A program made the translations under genes and the position numbers. Under the pieces are notes generated by a model. That model did no database searches and had not been told where the DNA came from. It saw nothing but the letters and a program-made list of their open reading frames with translations. Below, one piece after another: positions 8,740-17,453 of a stretch of DNA of 64,000 nt. How positions within the stretch are numbered: the stretch's first letter is position 1; each line of letters starts with the position of its first letter. Source of the stretch: a virus (taxonomy: Duplodnaviria; Caudoviricetes); the IMG/VR virus record IMGVR_UViG_3300025141_000075, positions 931 through 64,930 of that record; one strand, 5' to 3'.

Positions 8740-9318
8740 TTAAATAGTATACATATAAGAGAAGGAATGCGGATCTCTGACGTATCCCGGACGAATAGAG
8801 CCCTGTTGCGCTTGTTGCGGCACTTCGCCAAGCTCTGTAGAGTCAGCCAGATCTGGGTCTACAAACTCAGAATCTGTCGCTGATACCATTGCTTCTAAGT
8901 TTTCAAAATAAGGGCGCTCTTCCTCAATAAATTTGCTAATATTAATAAGGGCGAATTTGGCTGCATTAATTTTGTCGCTATAGGGCGCTTCCATCATTCC
9001 CTCAATGGCGCCATAGTAAGAACCACCCTGAACTGACTCAGCAATTACAATTCCCTTTTTGCGAAGAAATGCAAACAATCTATTTTGGGCTCCATAGACG
9101 ATATCGGTCATTGTCTCTTTTGGAAACGCAGTAATTTTATTATTTTTTGAGGACATGACAATGTCAATGTCTGCGTGGTCAAAAATCATCAAGTCACCAC
9201 TCAAACTTTTACGTATGTTAAGTTCCAGAGTAATAGATGGCACGGGCTTTCGGGCCGCTGCACCTACTTTAATGTGGATGGGTTCATCAGAAGGTATTAA
9301 ATTAATTGTGACCGACAT
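8740..9318 (-). CDS. Hypothetical protein (head module)
   Basis: 192-aa ORF in the portal-protease operon. Confidence 0.7.
   Translation of the reverse strand: MSVTINLIPSDEPIHIKVGAAARKPVPSITLELNIRKSLSGDLMIFDHADIDIVMSSKNNKITAFPKETMTDIVYGAQNRLFAFLRKKGIVIAESVQGGSYYGAIEGMMEAPYSDKINAAKFALINISKFIEEERPYFENLEAMVSATDSEFVDPDLADSTELGEVPQQAQQGSIRPGYVRDPHSFSYMYTI
8741..8748 (-). promoter_or_regulatory. ACTATTTA putative late promoter
   Basis: Overlaps the upstream stop codon; 14 nt before the ATG at 8726. Confidence 0.45.
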
Positions 9319-10132
9319 CTTCGAAAATTTCCTTTACAAGTTGTTGCGTCCTTAGCACAGTCATAATGACATTTTCACTGATTGTTTCATGTGAGTACCC
9401 CTCAAGGCGTGCCAAGACCTGCTGTGTTTTTTCAGTCATTGAAGAGTCCGTATTAATCTCTTCTATTTGTTTAGCTTTCTCCAGCTGTTCTTTTAATCTA
9501 CCTATCTCTGCGTTCAAAAACACTTTTAATTCCAGAGAGTTATCAGAAAAAGATGTTATATAATTAGATAATAGGCTCTTTTGTTCTTCAAGAAGTTGGT
9601 CATCATATTTTTCATTAAATTTATTAACAAAGGTCTTATATACAATGTTGTCAATTGGCGCCTCAGTTTCATTTATTGTTGGTGATCTACACATATCGTT
9701 GATAATCTTAGTTTCTAAAATGACTTTTTCTTTAGGAGATGAAGTATTAAACATTTTGTTAATTGTAGCCAAAGCTTTATAATTCGGGACAAAGTTGCTA
9801 AACACAGAAGGCGAGATCGCCTTATTGACTACATTAATAATTTCTGTTTGTTTGACGAATAGCTCATCAGGATTGATCATTCTTTTAGCTAATGAAGCTT
9901 CTTTCAATATCTTTTCACTAATTTTTTGTTCAAGCGATTGGTTTTCGTAAAGTGATCTATAACACTCCAAATCCTTAGTCAACAATGATTCTGCGCAGAA
10001 GTATTCTCTAATTACATCTACTACCTTTTTGCTTCTCTCATTATCATTTTTTAAAACAGCGACTGTGGCCTCTTTAATCAGGGCCTCATAAACAAATGCT
10101 GTATTACGTTTCTTGTTGTGTTTAGCTTTCAT
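9302..10132 (-). CDS. Hypothetical helical protein downstream of portal
   Basis: Likely start MKAKHNKKRNT at 10132 with GGAG RBS. Confidence 0.7.
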   Translation of the reverse strand: MKAKHNKKRNTAFVYEALIKEATVAVLKNDNERSKKVVDVIREYFCAESLLTKDLECYRSLYENQSLEQKISEKILKEASLAKRMINPDELFVKQTEIINVVNKAISPSVFSNFVPNYKALATINKMFNTSSPKEKVILETKIINDMCRSPTINETEAPIDNIVYKTFVNKFNEKYDDQLLEEQKSLLSNYITSFSDNSLELKVFLNAEIGRLKEQLEKAKQIEEINTDSSMTEKTQQVLARLEGYSHETISENVIMTVLRTQQLVKEIFEDVGHN

Positions 10133-12101
10133 CTTTTTGCTCCGTTGGCTTTTCTTTATTATCAAGTTCTTCTAAAAGAACTGCTAGCGATCTATTCATC
10201 GATAACATTTTTTGTTCTTCATTTTGCTCTCTCAAAGAGTAAATAGGCTCATTATCTCCATAAACACTTTCAGTAATGCCGCGGCCCAACGATTGTAGGC
10301 CCGTATACCCTAAATTGTTCGTTCTTACGGTGTTCATTTCTGGTGTTCCTATGCGGGAGAAATGAAGGCTACGGCGGCCGGCTGGACGTTTATCAACTTT
10401 CTGTGGATAATAAACTTTACCTTTAGAGCCCGGGGTTAGCCGCGGTGAATTTCTTGTTCCGGGCGGAGCAGCTAAGAGTGAGGAATCATCCTCGGCGTCG
10501 GCGCCTTCGGGCTCAGTACCGCCGGTATCGCCGAGATCTAAACCACCACCTTCAGGGCTGGCATCCCCGCCAAGGTCTAAGCCACCGCCGGCATCGTCGG
10601 CGCCGAGATCTAGACCCCCGCCGGCTGCGCCGGCAGCTTGAGCTTCTGCGACCGCTTGGAGAGAAGAGTCATGCTTGCGATCATAATACATCTCATGCTG
10701 GTTTCTAGCAAACTCCTCATGAGACATATTGAATATATTTTCAGTGACCCAACGACGAGAAAAATATCCCTCAGTTGCTGAGCCGGCGATATCAAACTTG
10801 GCTTTCCAGTGTTCAATTTCTTGAAGCTCCGCAATCTTGGATGGGTTGTTTAAAGAAAGTTTGAAATTAATAAGATCATCGCCGCGGAAACCAAGAGTAT
10901 AAAGATGAATGATCCCAATTTTTTCAAGCTCGTGGATTACGGTTCTCTGTAATCTTTGAACTGTACGGGCGAAGCGAATGTCCTTCTGTGCTAATGTTGT
11001 TTTATCTTCGGTAGCACCTTCGCCCATTGACAAATAGGACTGTGGTACTTTTAATGCAGAAAAGAGTTTGTCACGTAGGTATTTGATGTCGTCAATCTCT
11101 GTTGTATTTGTTCCTCCGGCGATATTCGAAATGTCTGTAGCTGAGCCAGCACGAACAGGAATGTAATAGTCTTCTTCAATTGATAAAGGATTATAACGCA
11201 GGTCAACGCGACCGGTGTCTTTGTCTACGATTGAGTGCCTTTTAAGCTGTGATACAATCTTTTGCATGTAACCCTCAACATCTTGTGGAGGGATGGCGCC
11301 AACATCAATCTTGAATACGCGTCTTTCGGAAGATCTGACAATTCGATATGCCATCATGGCGTCTTCCATAAGTGTAAGTTGGCGCCAAATACGGCGCGCT
11401 GGTTCAAGAACTGATGAACCATAAGGGACATATTTATCGTTACCGAGAATACGAAAATGAGCAACCTGCCAATTTTCAAAAGTCATGCCGGCCGAGTTCC
11501 ACTGATACTGTACATAATTGGGATTAGTCGCGTCTAGGCCCTCTAGTCTCTCAACTTCTTGCAGTGGCAGCGCGATGGCTGACTGCACTCCCATCTTGTC
11601 GTCAATGTCAAGGTAAAGCATGAAGTCGCCATATTTACACATGGTGCGGCACCAACCAAAAAGATTATATTCAATATTCAAAATATTATGATATAAAAGA
11701 TCCAATACTGCTTTAATCTCTTCGTTCGTGCATTTGATGTTGAGCATTGGTCGCAAAGCAGAAAATGTTGTCATTTCATCAGCATAGATATCTAGCGACG
11801 AGGCAATCTCGGGCATGTATTCCATCTGATCAAAATCAATATATCTCTCGGAGCGACGTTGATTGGATATTGCATTAGCGGCAATTTGGTCTAACGGATT
11901 ATAAGTCTGTTTCTTAAACTGCTGACCGGAGGCGGTCTTGAATCTAGAAGCGTATTTGTCCAGATGTTGCCTTCTGATCTTGCGCCCAGATTGCGAACGA
12001 TAGGTAACTATCGGACCTGAAAAAAGTCTAGTTAGCGACTTAAATAACGATGATTGTGTGTTTACAGGGTTTTTCCCTTTTCTCATATTTCTTGGTGCCA
12101 T
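10122..12101 (-). CDS. Portal protein (T4 gp20-like)
   Basis: MEDAMMAYRIVRSSERRVFKIDVG, EEDYYIP and DIKYLRDKLFSALKVP are gp20 motifs; long acidic Gly-rich tail. Confidence 0.95.
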   Translation of the reverse strand: MAPRNMRKGKNPVNTQSSLFKSLTRLFSGPIVTYRSQSGRKIRRQHLDKYASRFKTASGQQFKKQTYNPLDQIAANAISNQRRSERYIDFDQMEYMPEIASSLDIYADEMTTFSALRPMLNIKCTNEEIKAVLDLLYHNILNIEYNLFGWCRTMCKYGDFMLYLDIDDKMGVQSAIALPLQEVERLEGLDATNPNYVQYQWNSAGMTFENWQVAHFRILGNDKYVPYGSSVLEPARRIWRQLTLMEDAMMAYRIVRSSERRVFKIDVGAIPPQDVEGYMQKIVSQLKRHSIVDKDTGRVDLRYNPLSIEEDYYIPVRAGSATDISNIAGGTNTTEIDDIKYLRDKLFSALKVPQSYLSMGEGATEDKTTLAQKDIRFARTVQRLQRTVIHELEKIGIIHLYTLGFRGDDLINFKLSLNNPSKIAELQEIEHWKAKFDIAGSATEGYFSRRWVTENIFNMSHEEFARNQHEMYYDRKHDSSLQAVAEAQAAGAAGGGLDLGADDAGGGLDLGGDASPEGGGLDLGDTGGTEPEGADAEDDSSLLAAPPGTRNSPRLTPGSKGKVYYPQKVDKRPAGRRSLHFSRIGTPEMNTVRTNNLGYTGLQSLGRGITESVYGDNEPIYSLREQNEEQKMLSMNRSLAVLLEELDNKEKPTEQKDES

Positions 12102-12109
12102 TTATTTTC

Positions 12110-13693
12110 TCACTTTATAATCCACATATATTCTTTGTATAAATTTTCTGCATCTGACATTTTATCCATAACTCCATCTTCTTTGTATCCAATTTGTCCC
12201 CTTATTTTTGTATCAAAACTGGTTCTTGAGGTTATTATAGCATCTACGAAAGCCTTCTTGTAGTTCAAATCTCTTTGATTTGTCTGTAGTGCTGTGTCTC
12301 TGACCCAACATGCAATCGCAAGCGCCATAACTAAATCATCATTGTATCCTTTTAATGCTTGGGGTTTTCCGTTTGTCCAAATAAATGTTCTCAATTCATT
12401 TGCCAGACGAGACGAATATGTAGTAATTAGTTTGTTTCTTATAAACTCTTCTAATTTAGCAACAACCAGTGGCCGAGTTTTTGAAGATGTTGTAAATCCG
12501 GGTACCGCTGAATTCTTATGTTCTGCCATGTGCTGCTCAATATATTCATGGGTAGATTTTACAGAATAATAAATATTTGGGTAAGCATAATCAATTAATT
12601 TGTCTAAAACCGTGTATCCGATGCTGTTGTTCTCTATAACCATCATTGCGTTTCCAAATTCTCGGCCGATTTGATTTAACATGTTCGCATACAAATCGGG
12701 CGTTGGTTTACCTTGATACTCTCCCACAACCTGCATTGTTTCTAACTTAATAATATGAAAGGTTGAATAGTCTGCTCCATCGCCGCGAGCCACGTCTGCG
12801 GTCAACAGGTAGCTGCACGAAGGATCGTGCTCTTCCCAAATCCAGAAATTACGATCAAACGCTGTTTTGTATTTTGGTTCAATTATATTGTTTGTGATCC
12901 ACTCAAGGGCGTCTGGATCGATCACAGTTTCACCAGAAGTGTTGAAATTACATTCAAGCTCTTGGGCAATTTGCCGGCGTGACATATTGCGGGTCTCTTT
13001 TTTGAACCACTCTTCATCGCGCTCGGGATGGACGTCCCACATTAACGTTGTTAACTTGAAATTATTCTCTTTGGTCTCGGCGCCCACACATGTTTTGTGG
13101 AACCAGTTACCAACACCATTTGGGGTTGATATCGCTATGCAACGACCACCGGTGGACAGTGTGGGATACAGGCCGGTCCATAAATCCTCAAGCCCGTCAA
13201 TGTGTGCGGCCTCATCAAGAACTAAAAGAGACAATGCTTCTGAACGACCTGCATCACCAGAGGTAGAAGCAGCTTTGATTGTTGAACCATTAGAAAGCTC
13301 AAATGAAGTGCGGTTATCAGTAGAGATAGAAGCAATTCTAATCCAATCTGGTAGATTTTTCATTATACTTTTGACTTTGCGGACAAGGTTTCCAGCGGTC
13401 TCAAACTTGGTGGCCATAACAAGAATGGACTTATCACGATGAAACAGCATCATCCATACAATATAGCCGGCGGTCAATGTAGAAATACCAAGCTGACGTC
13501 CCTTGTTGATCACGTTGAAACGATAGTCATTAAAGTCGTCCAATAAATCATCTTGGTAATCAAAGGTGTTGAAAAGAATCAACCCGTGCATCGGGTGAGA
13601 TATACGGGCATACGTTTTAAGGAAGTAGGAGGGGTCTTTACCGCATTTAACTACTTCTTTTAATATCTCTTTCTTTGTTAATTTGAAACTCAT
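12110..13693 (-). CDS. Terminase large subunit (T4 gp17-like)
   Basis: Walker A KGRQLGIST, Walker B LLVLDE, STPNG coupling motif; nuclease ADVARG..D and DDLVMA. Confidence 0.95.
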   Translation of the reverse strand: MSFKLTKKEILKEVVKCGKDPSYFLKTYARISHPMHGLILFNTFDYQDDLLDDFNDYRFNVINKGRQLGISTLTAGYIVWMMLFHRDKSILVMATKFETAGNLVRKVKSIMKNLPDWIRIASISTDNRTSFELSNGSTIKAASTSGDAGRSEALSLLVLDEAAHIDGLEDLWTGLYPTLSTGGRCIAISTPNGVGNWFHKTCVGAETKENNFKLTTLMWDVHPERDEEWFKKETRNMSRRQIAQELECNFNTSGETVIDPDALEWITNNIIEPKYKTAFDRNFWIWEEHDPSCSYLLTADVARGDGADYSTFHIIKLETMQVVGEYQGKPTPDLYANMLNQIGREFGNAMMVIENNSIGYTVLDKLIDYAYPNIYYSVKSTHEYIEQHMAEHKNSAVPGFTTSSKTRPLVVAKLEEFIRNKLITTYSSRLANELRTFIWTNGKPQALKGYNDDLVMALAIACWVRDTALQTNQRDLNYKKAFVDAIITSRTSFDTKIRGQIGYKEDGVMDKMSDAENLYKEYMWIIK

Positions 13694-14508
13694 ACATCTT
13701 TTAAGTTTTCGTTAGCTCGGCCAAGAGAATCTCCCGTGTCTAAACCATCTAAAATATTAGCGACATTATCTAGAGCGCTTTGTAGTTCTGGATGGTGTTT
13801 GACTGCATCCTCAAGAGCGTGATATGTTGTCATTAACTTTTCGTAATCGTCGGGGGCTTCTTTGGTTGGGGTGTTAGTTTCTGGGGGGCTCTCCCCTTTC
13901 ATTACATCGTAAGATGCTTCAAAATCTTGGTAATCATCAAATACTTCTTTAATCATGGCTTTAACTTCTTCAAATCCTATTCTGCGACGTTGAGGTTCTA
14001 TGTATTCGGGAGCAAGTTTTTCAATAACGGCTGTAAACAAATCTAACATTTCTTCTGGTGGCAGCTCTTGTACCAAGGATACGACCCGATCTTCTAAAGG
14101 GGGACCAGCACGATCTTGAAAACCACCGTAATCACTCTCTGGTGCGTCATCTGATGGAACATCTGAGACTGCGGCTTCGGCTTCCGGATCATATGCACCT
14201 TCTTCGTCGTACTCATCATCGTATTGAGGCATATCATCCGTAGGAAGGGGCATTGTTTCAGCAGAACGATCAACATTGGAATCATTTGCTGGTGTTTGTT
14301 TTCCGCGTTTGTAGCTGCCCGGGCCATATTCACGTTCAAGCCACTCTGGTTTGGGCCCTTCTTTCTTAATCCAAGCTACAAACTCATCAGCTTTTTCTTG
14401 AGTCATAACTTCGTCAAGATTAAATTCTTTAGCATATTCTTCTAAAGCTTCTTCTTTGATGTACTCTTCTAAAATAATCTGCTTAAGTCGGGATTTACTA
14501 ATTTTCAC
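13690..14508 (-). CDS. Acidic leader-bearing protein, candidate internal head protein
   Basis: Start reassigned to GTG 14508 (AGGA upstream): (M)KISKSRLKQIILEEYIKEE. Confidence 0.7.
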   Translation of the reverse strand: MKISKSRLKQIILEEYIKEEALEEYAKEFNLDEVMTQEKADEFVAWIKKEGPKPEWLEREYGPGSYKRGKQTPANDSNVDRSAETMPLPTDDMPQYDDEYDEEGAYDPEAEAAVSDVPSDDAPESDYGGFQDRAGPPLEDRVVSLVQELPPEEMLDLFTAVIEKLAPEYIEPQRRRIGFEEVKAMIKEVFDDYQDFEASYDVMKGESPPETNTPTKEAPDDYEKLMTTYHALEDAVKHHPELQSALDNVANILDGLDTGDSLGRANENLKDV

Positions 14509-14509
14509 T

Positions 14510-15058
14510 TTACGATTCCTTTTTTCTGGAATCATTCTCTGGGCGCTTGCCACCCTTACCATTCCATCCACCTTGGTCAAGGAACTTTTTAAAACTATCT
14601 TCTAGGCGATCTTCAGATGGTTGACTGTATGCCATGTCTTCATCTAAGCCGCCAATCTTGTAGTGCATTTTGGCAGTGACCCAGCTTCTCACTCTGGATG
14701 AATTTTCAACACGGACATCAACTTCACCTTCTTTGGTAAGAGTAACTCCACTACCTGTGATCTTCTTGTATTCTTTCTTGAGAAACTTAACAATATCGGC
14801 AAGGCGTTGTTCAATCTCTTGCTCAAAGCCATTAGCATATACTTCGCGAAGCTGTACTTCAGAATGGTAGCCTAAGCAAAGCATGTTACCATAAAAACTA
14901 ACATTAAAACCATCCATCACCCTTTTATCAATCAGTGGGCGCCCTTCATCGCGTTGGAGACCGGGCTTTAAAGCTTCTCCGTTTTCATCCAATGCCCCAT
15001 CATAAGCATTAGCTGCGGCCTGTGATAAGCCTTGTATAATTTCGTAAACTGTTGCCAT
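14510..15058 (-). CDS. Hypothetical protein
   Basis: 182 aa; AGGAG RBS; ACTATTTA at 15088-15095. Confidence 0.7.
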   Translation of the reverse strand: MATVYEIIQGLSQAAANAYDGALDENGEALKPGLQRDEGRPLIDKRVMDGFNVSFYGNMLCLGYHSEVQLREVYANGFEQEIEQRLADIVKFLKKEYKKITGSGVTLTKEGEVDVRVENSSRVRSWVTAKMHYKIGGLDEDMAYSQPSEDRLEDSFKKFLDQGGWNGKGGKRPENDSRKKES

Positions 15059-15639
15059 TACTGATCTCCTTTAGTTTTCTTGTATTGTAAATAGTGTTTA
15101 ACTGAAGAAAGGTAATCAGAGGCTTTGGTGATTTTGGCCTGCACCCAAGCATCTAATTCTTCTCCATCGTGAATCATTTGTTCTAGCTCCGACGCATATT
15201 CGGCGGTGCGATATAGCTGCGACTTTGCCATTTGTGATTCATCCTGATCATAGTCGCTGGTCACTTGTGGCAATGGTTGTGTGGAGGGCATGGATGACCC
15301 ACAACCCTCTGTTGTAGTTAGAGGGTCGTCTTCTGTGCTAGATCCGCCCGGGTGCATTCTTTTGTCGAGCAAATCAAAAACAATTTGAATAACATTTCTT
15401 TTGGTATTTAAATCCATACCTTCCTCTGCTGCCAATTGGAGTATATACTCATAAACCTTGGTGGCTATATTCCGCTCTTGCGGACTAATCTCGCCGGCAG
15501 TGGCTTTGGTAGCAGTGCGCGTTTGAGTCGTTGCTTTTCCGACGCCAGCACTGGCGCGGTCTTTCTTTACATCAAGGGCGCCCTCTTCATTAAGTGATTC
15601 TAAGATAGCTCTCTTGATATCATTTTTCGTTATCTTCAT
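15058..15639 (-). CDS. Leader-bearing hypothetical protein
   Basis: MKITKNDIKRAILESLNEE; C-terminal MAKSQL...WVQAKITKASDYL helical domain of a kind I recall from T4-like phages. Confidence 0.7.
   Translation of the reverse strand: MKITKNDIKRAILESLNEEGALDVKKDRASAGVGKATTQTRTATKATAGEISPQERNIATKVYEYILQLAAEEGMDLNTKRNVIQIVFDLLDKRMHPGGSSTEDDPLTTTEGCGSSMPSTQPLPQVTSDYDQDESQMAKSQLYRTAEYASELEQMIHDGEELDAWVQAKITKASDYLSSVKHYLQYKKTKGDQ
15088..15095 (-). promoter_or_regulatory. ACTATTTA putative late promoter
   Basis: 29 nt upstream of the ATG at 15058. Confidence 0.5.
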
Positions 15640-16012
15640 TTGGTCTCCATCCTTTTATCCACCTGTCTTCTCTCTGCTGTACATATTTGTAGTAGCATTT
15701 CTCGCAACATTCAAACTTAGCCATACAAACATTATCCATAGATTTTTTGGGATATCTCCCGCAAACCGGACATGTCTGAACAGGTTCTCTATTAAGTAGT
15801 TTTTTCGATACCTTTATTCCATTAATATCTATTTTCTCGGCAGACTGTTCATTTTGCTTCGCTTTCTGGTACAGTTCTTTCATCTGCCGAAGATAATCTT
15901 TCTCTTTGGATTCATCCCAATTGGCTTTTGGGTTTTGAATAGCCTCATCGCCGTATTTCTCAGCTATAGCTTTTTCTACAGCAGCAATTTGATCGTAGTT
16001 TTTATTTGTCAT
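15620..16012 (-). CDS. Cys-rich (putative Zn-binding) hypothetical protein
   Basis: CPVC...C...CCEKC. Confidence 0.7.
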   Translation of the reverse strand: MTNKNYDQIAAVEKAIAEKYGDEAIQNPKANWDESKEKDYLRQMKELYQKAKQNEQSAEKIDINGIKVSKKLLNREPVQTCPVCGRYPKKSMDNVCMAKFECCEKCYYKYVQQREDRWIKGWRPNEDNEK

Positions 16013-16424
16013 TTATGGCTCTATATGCGCCATATGATGCCGCAGTACCAACGAGGATCCCACCAGCAAAATACAACCATTTGTGCCGCGGAGAAGTTTT
16101 TTTTAGTGAATTAGCCAAAGCTTTAATTTCCATATCTTTCTGTAGTATAAACAAATCGTATTCATCTGTTAAGGCTTTATGTTCAATTCTCAGATCCTCT
16201 AATTTGAATTCGTATTCTTCTTTTTGAATTTTTAGTTGATAGTCGGTTTTGATATCACACGAATACTTGTATGTGTCATAGTCTGCTAATATTTTTGCCA
16301 TTGCTTTCTCGTCAAAAAGAACGCCGGTAAACGGCGCTGGCGCCTTGTATTCTAGGAAGGTAAACTTAGCCGGCTCAGTCGCACTTGCTGAGAGGCTCAA
16401 CATTATAAGAAGTTTAAGGAACAT
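16002..16424 (-). CDS. Signal peptide + coiled coil + C-terminal TM protein (spanin-like)
   Basis: MFLKLLIMLSLSASA signal peptide, central heptads, WLYFAGGILVGTAASYGAY tail. Confidence 0.55.
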   Translation of the reverse strand: MFLKLLIMLSLSASATEPAKFTFLEYKAPAPFTGVLFDEKAMAKILADYDTYKYSCDIKTDYQLKIQKEEYEFKLEDLRIEHKALTDEYDLFILQKDMEIKALANSLKKTSPRHKWLYFAGGILVGTAASYGAYRAINDK

Positions 16425-16797
16425 ACTCAATACCAAATTTAGTTTCTATATCTTTAATTAGTGCTTCCTTATCATGTCTGAACTTTCTTTTATATTCGTT
16501 ATTCTTTTTTTCTCGAAGTCCTTCAAGTTCTTCTTGAGCCTTCTCATACTCTTCTTCAATCGCCGCAATTGATTCTATAAAGCTCTCCATTAATAATTGC
16601 TTCTTTTCTATTTCTCGCTTGTGGATTTCTCTTAAGCCTTCTATCTGGGCTTCGTGAGATTCTATTTGAGTTTCATACGCGGTCTGCATAAGTTTATAGT
16701 CGTGACCGTTCTTGAGAGCCACAACGGTCAAAAGCAATACTATTAGTATTGCCTTCCAATTCTTCAGAGCAAATTCTAGTATCTTCTGCTTAATCAT
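16414..16797 (-). CDS. N-terminal TM + coiled-coil protein (i-spanin-like)
   Basis: WKAILIVLLLTVVAL followed by a long charged coiled coil. Confidence 0.55.
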   Translation of the reverse strand: MIKQKILEFALKNWKAILIVLLLTVVALKNGHDYKLMQTAYETQIESHEAQIEGLREIHKREIEKKQLLMESFIESIAAIEEEYEKAQEELEGLREKKNNEYKRKFRHDKEALIKDIETKFGIEYVP

Positions 16798-16990
16798 TAT
16801 ATCCCTTTAGCCGGGCAATACCATCGATAACCGTTTGGCCCCCAATATAGATTGCTGAGATAATCACCCAGTCTTCACTGGTGACGTGCTCTGTGAAGGT
16901 CAACGCCGTAGCCGTTAACCATACCATCAACTTGCGCGATGTTAATTTTTCTAACCAACTGTCTACAAATGCTTGTGCTTTTGCCATCAT
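16790..16990 (-). CDS. Putative holin
   Basis: 66 aa, two hydrophobic helices, KLTSRKLMVW start typical of small holins; Met-Met start. Confidence 0.55.
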   Translation of the reverse strand: MMAKAQAFVDSWLEKLTSRKLMVWLTATALTFTEHVTSEDWVIISAIYIGGQTVIDGIARLKGYND

Positions 16991-16992
16991 TA

Positions 16993-17166
16993 TTACCTCT
17001 CTTTTAATATGTTTTTTAATTCTTCACGAATAATTTCTTCAACAGAATACAGCTTTTTTAAATATCTTTTAGCTTTTGAAACAGAGCTAGAGCAGCCCTT
17101 CTTTTTACCCTGTGAGCCATCTCGCATTTTCTTGTATATACACTTGCCGACGCGCTTGTAAGGCAT
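16993..17166 (-). CDS. Small basic protein (57 aa)
   Basis: Not in the track. MPYKRVGKCIYKK...KKGCSSSVSKAKRYLKKLYSVEEIIREELKNILKER fills the gap exactly (TAATG coupling). Confidence 0.7.
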   Translation of the reverse strand: MPYKRVGKCIYKKMRDGSQGKKKGCSSSVSKAKRYLKKLYSVEEIIREELKNILKER

Positions 17167-17453
17167 TACTTAAGTTTTGCCAGCTTTGAGGCCAAGGCCG
17201 GTGTTTCATGCTTAAATTGGGCGATTGAATCCATAATACTTTCTGCGTTTGCGGGACCATTGTACCATTCAAAGAATATAGATGCCATATTATATTTAAT
17301 AATCCACTTCTTTTGAATTCCAGCTTCAACACACAAAGCTGTGAATATCTCGGCTACGTCACCAGCATCTTCCTCTTCCTGTACTACTACAAGTGTGGGA
17401 GATACAGAAGTCTTCTTTACTAATTTATTCCAAAGTGTTTTTAATAAATTCAT
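17166..17453 (-). CDS. Hypothetical protein
   Basis: 95 aa, translationally coupled at both ends. Confidence 0.65.
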   Translation of the reverse strand: MNLLKTLWNKLVKKTSVSPTLVVVQEEEDAGDVAEIFTALCVEAGIQKKWIIKYNMASIFFEWYNGPANAESIMDSIAQFKHETPALASKLAKLK

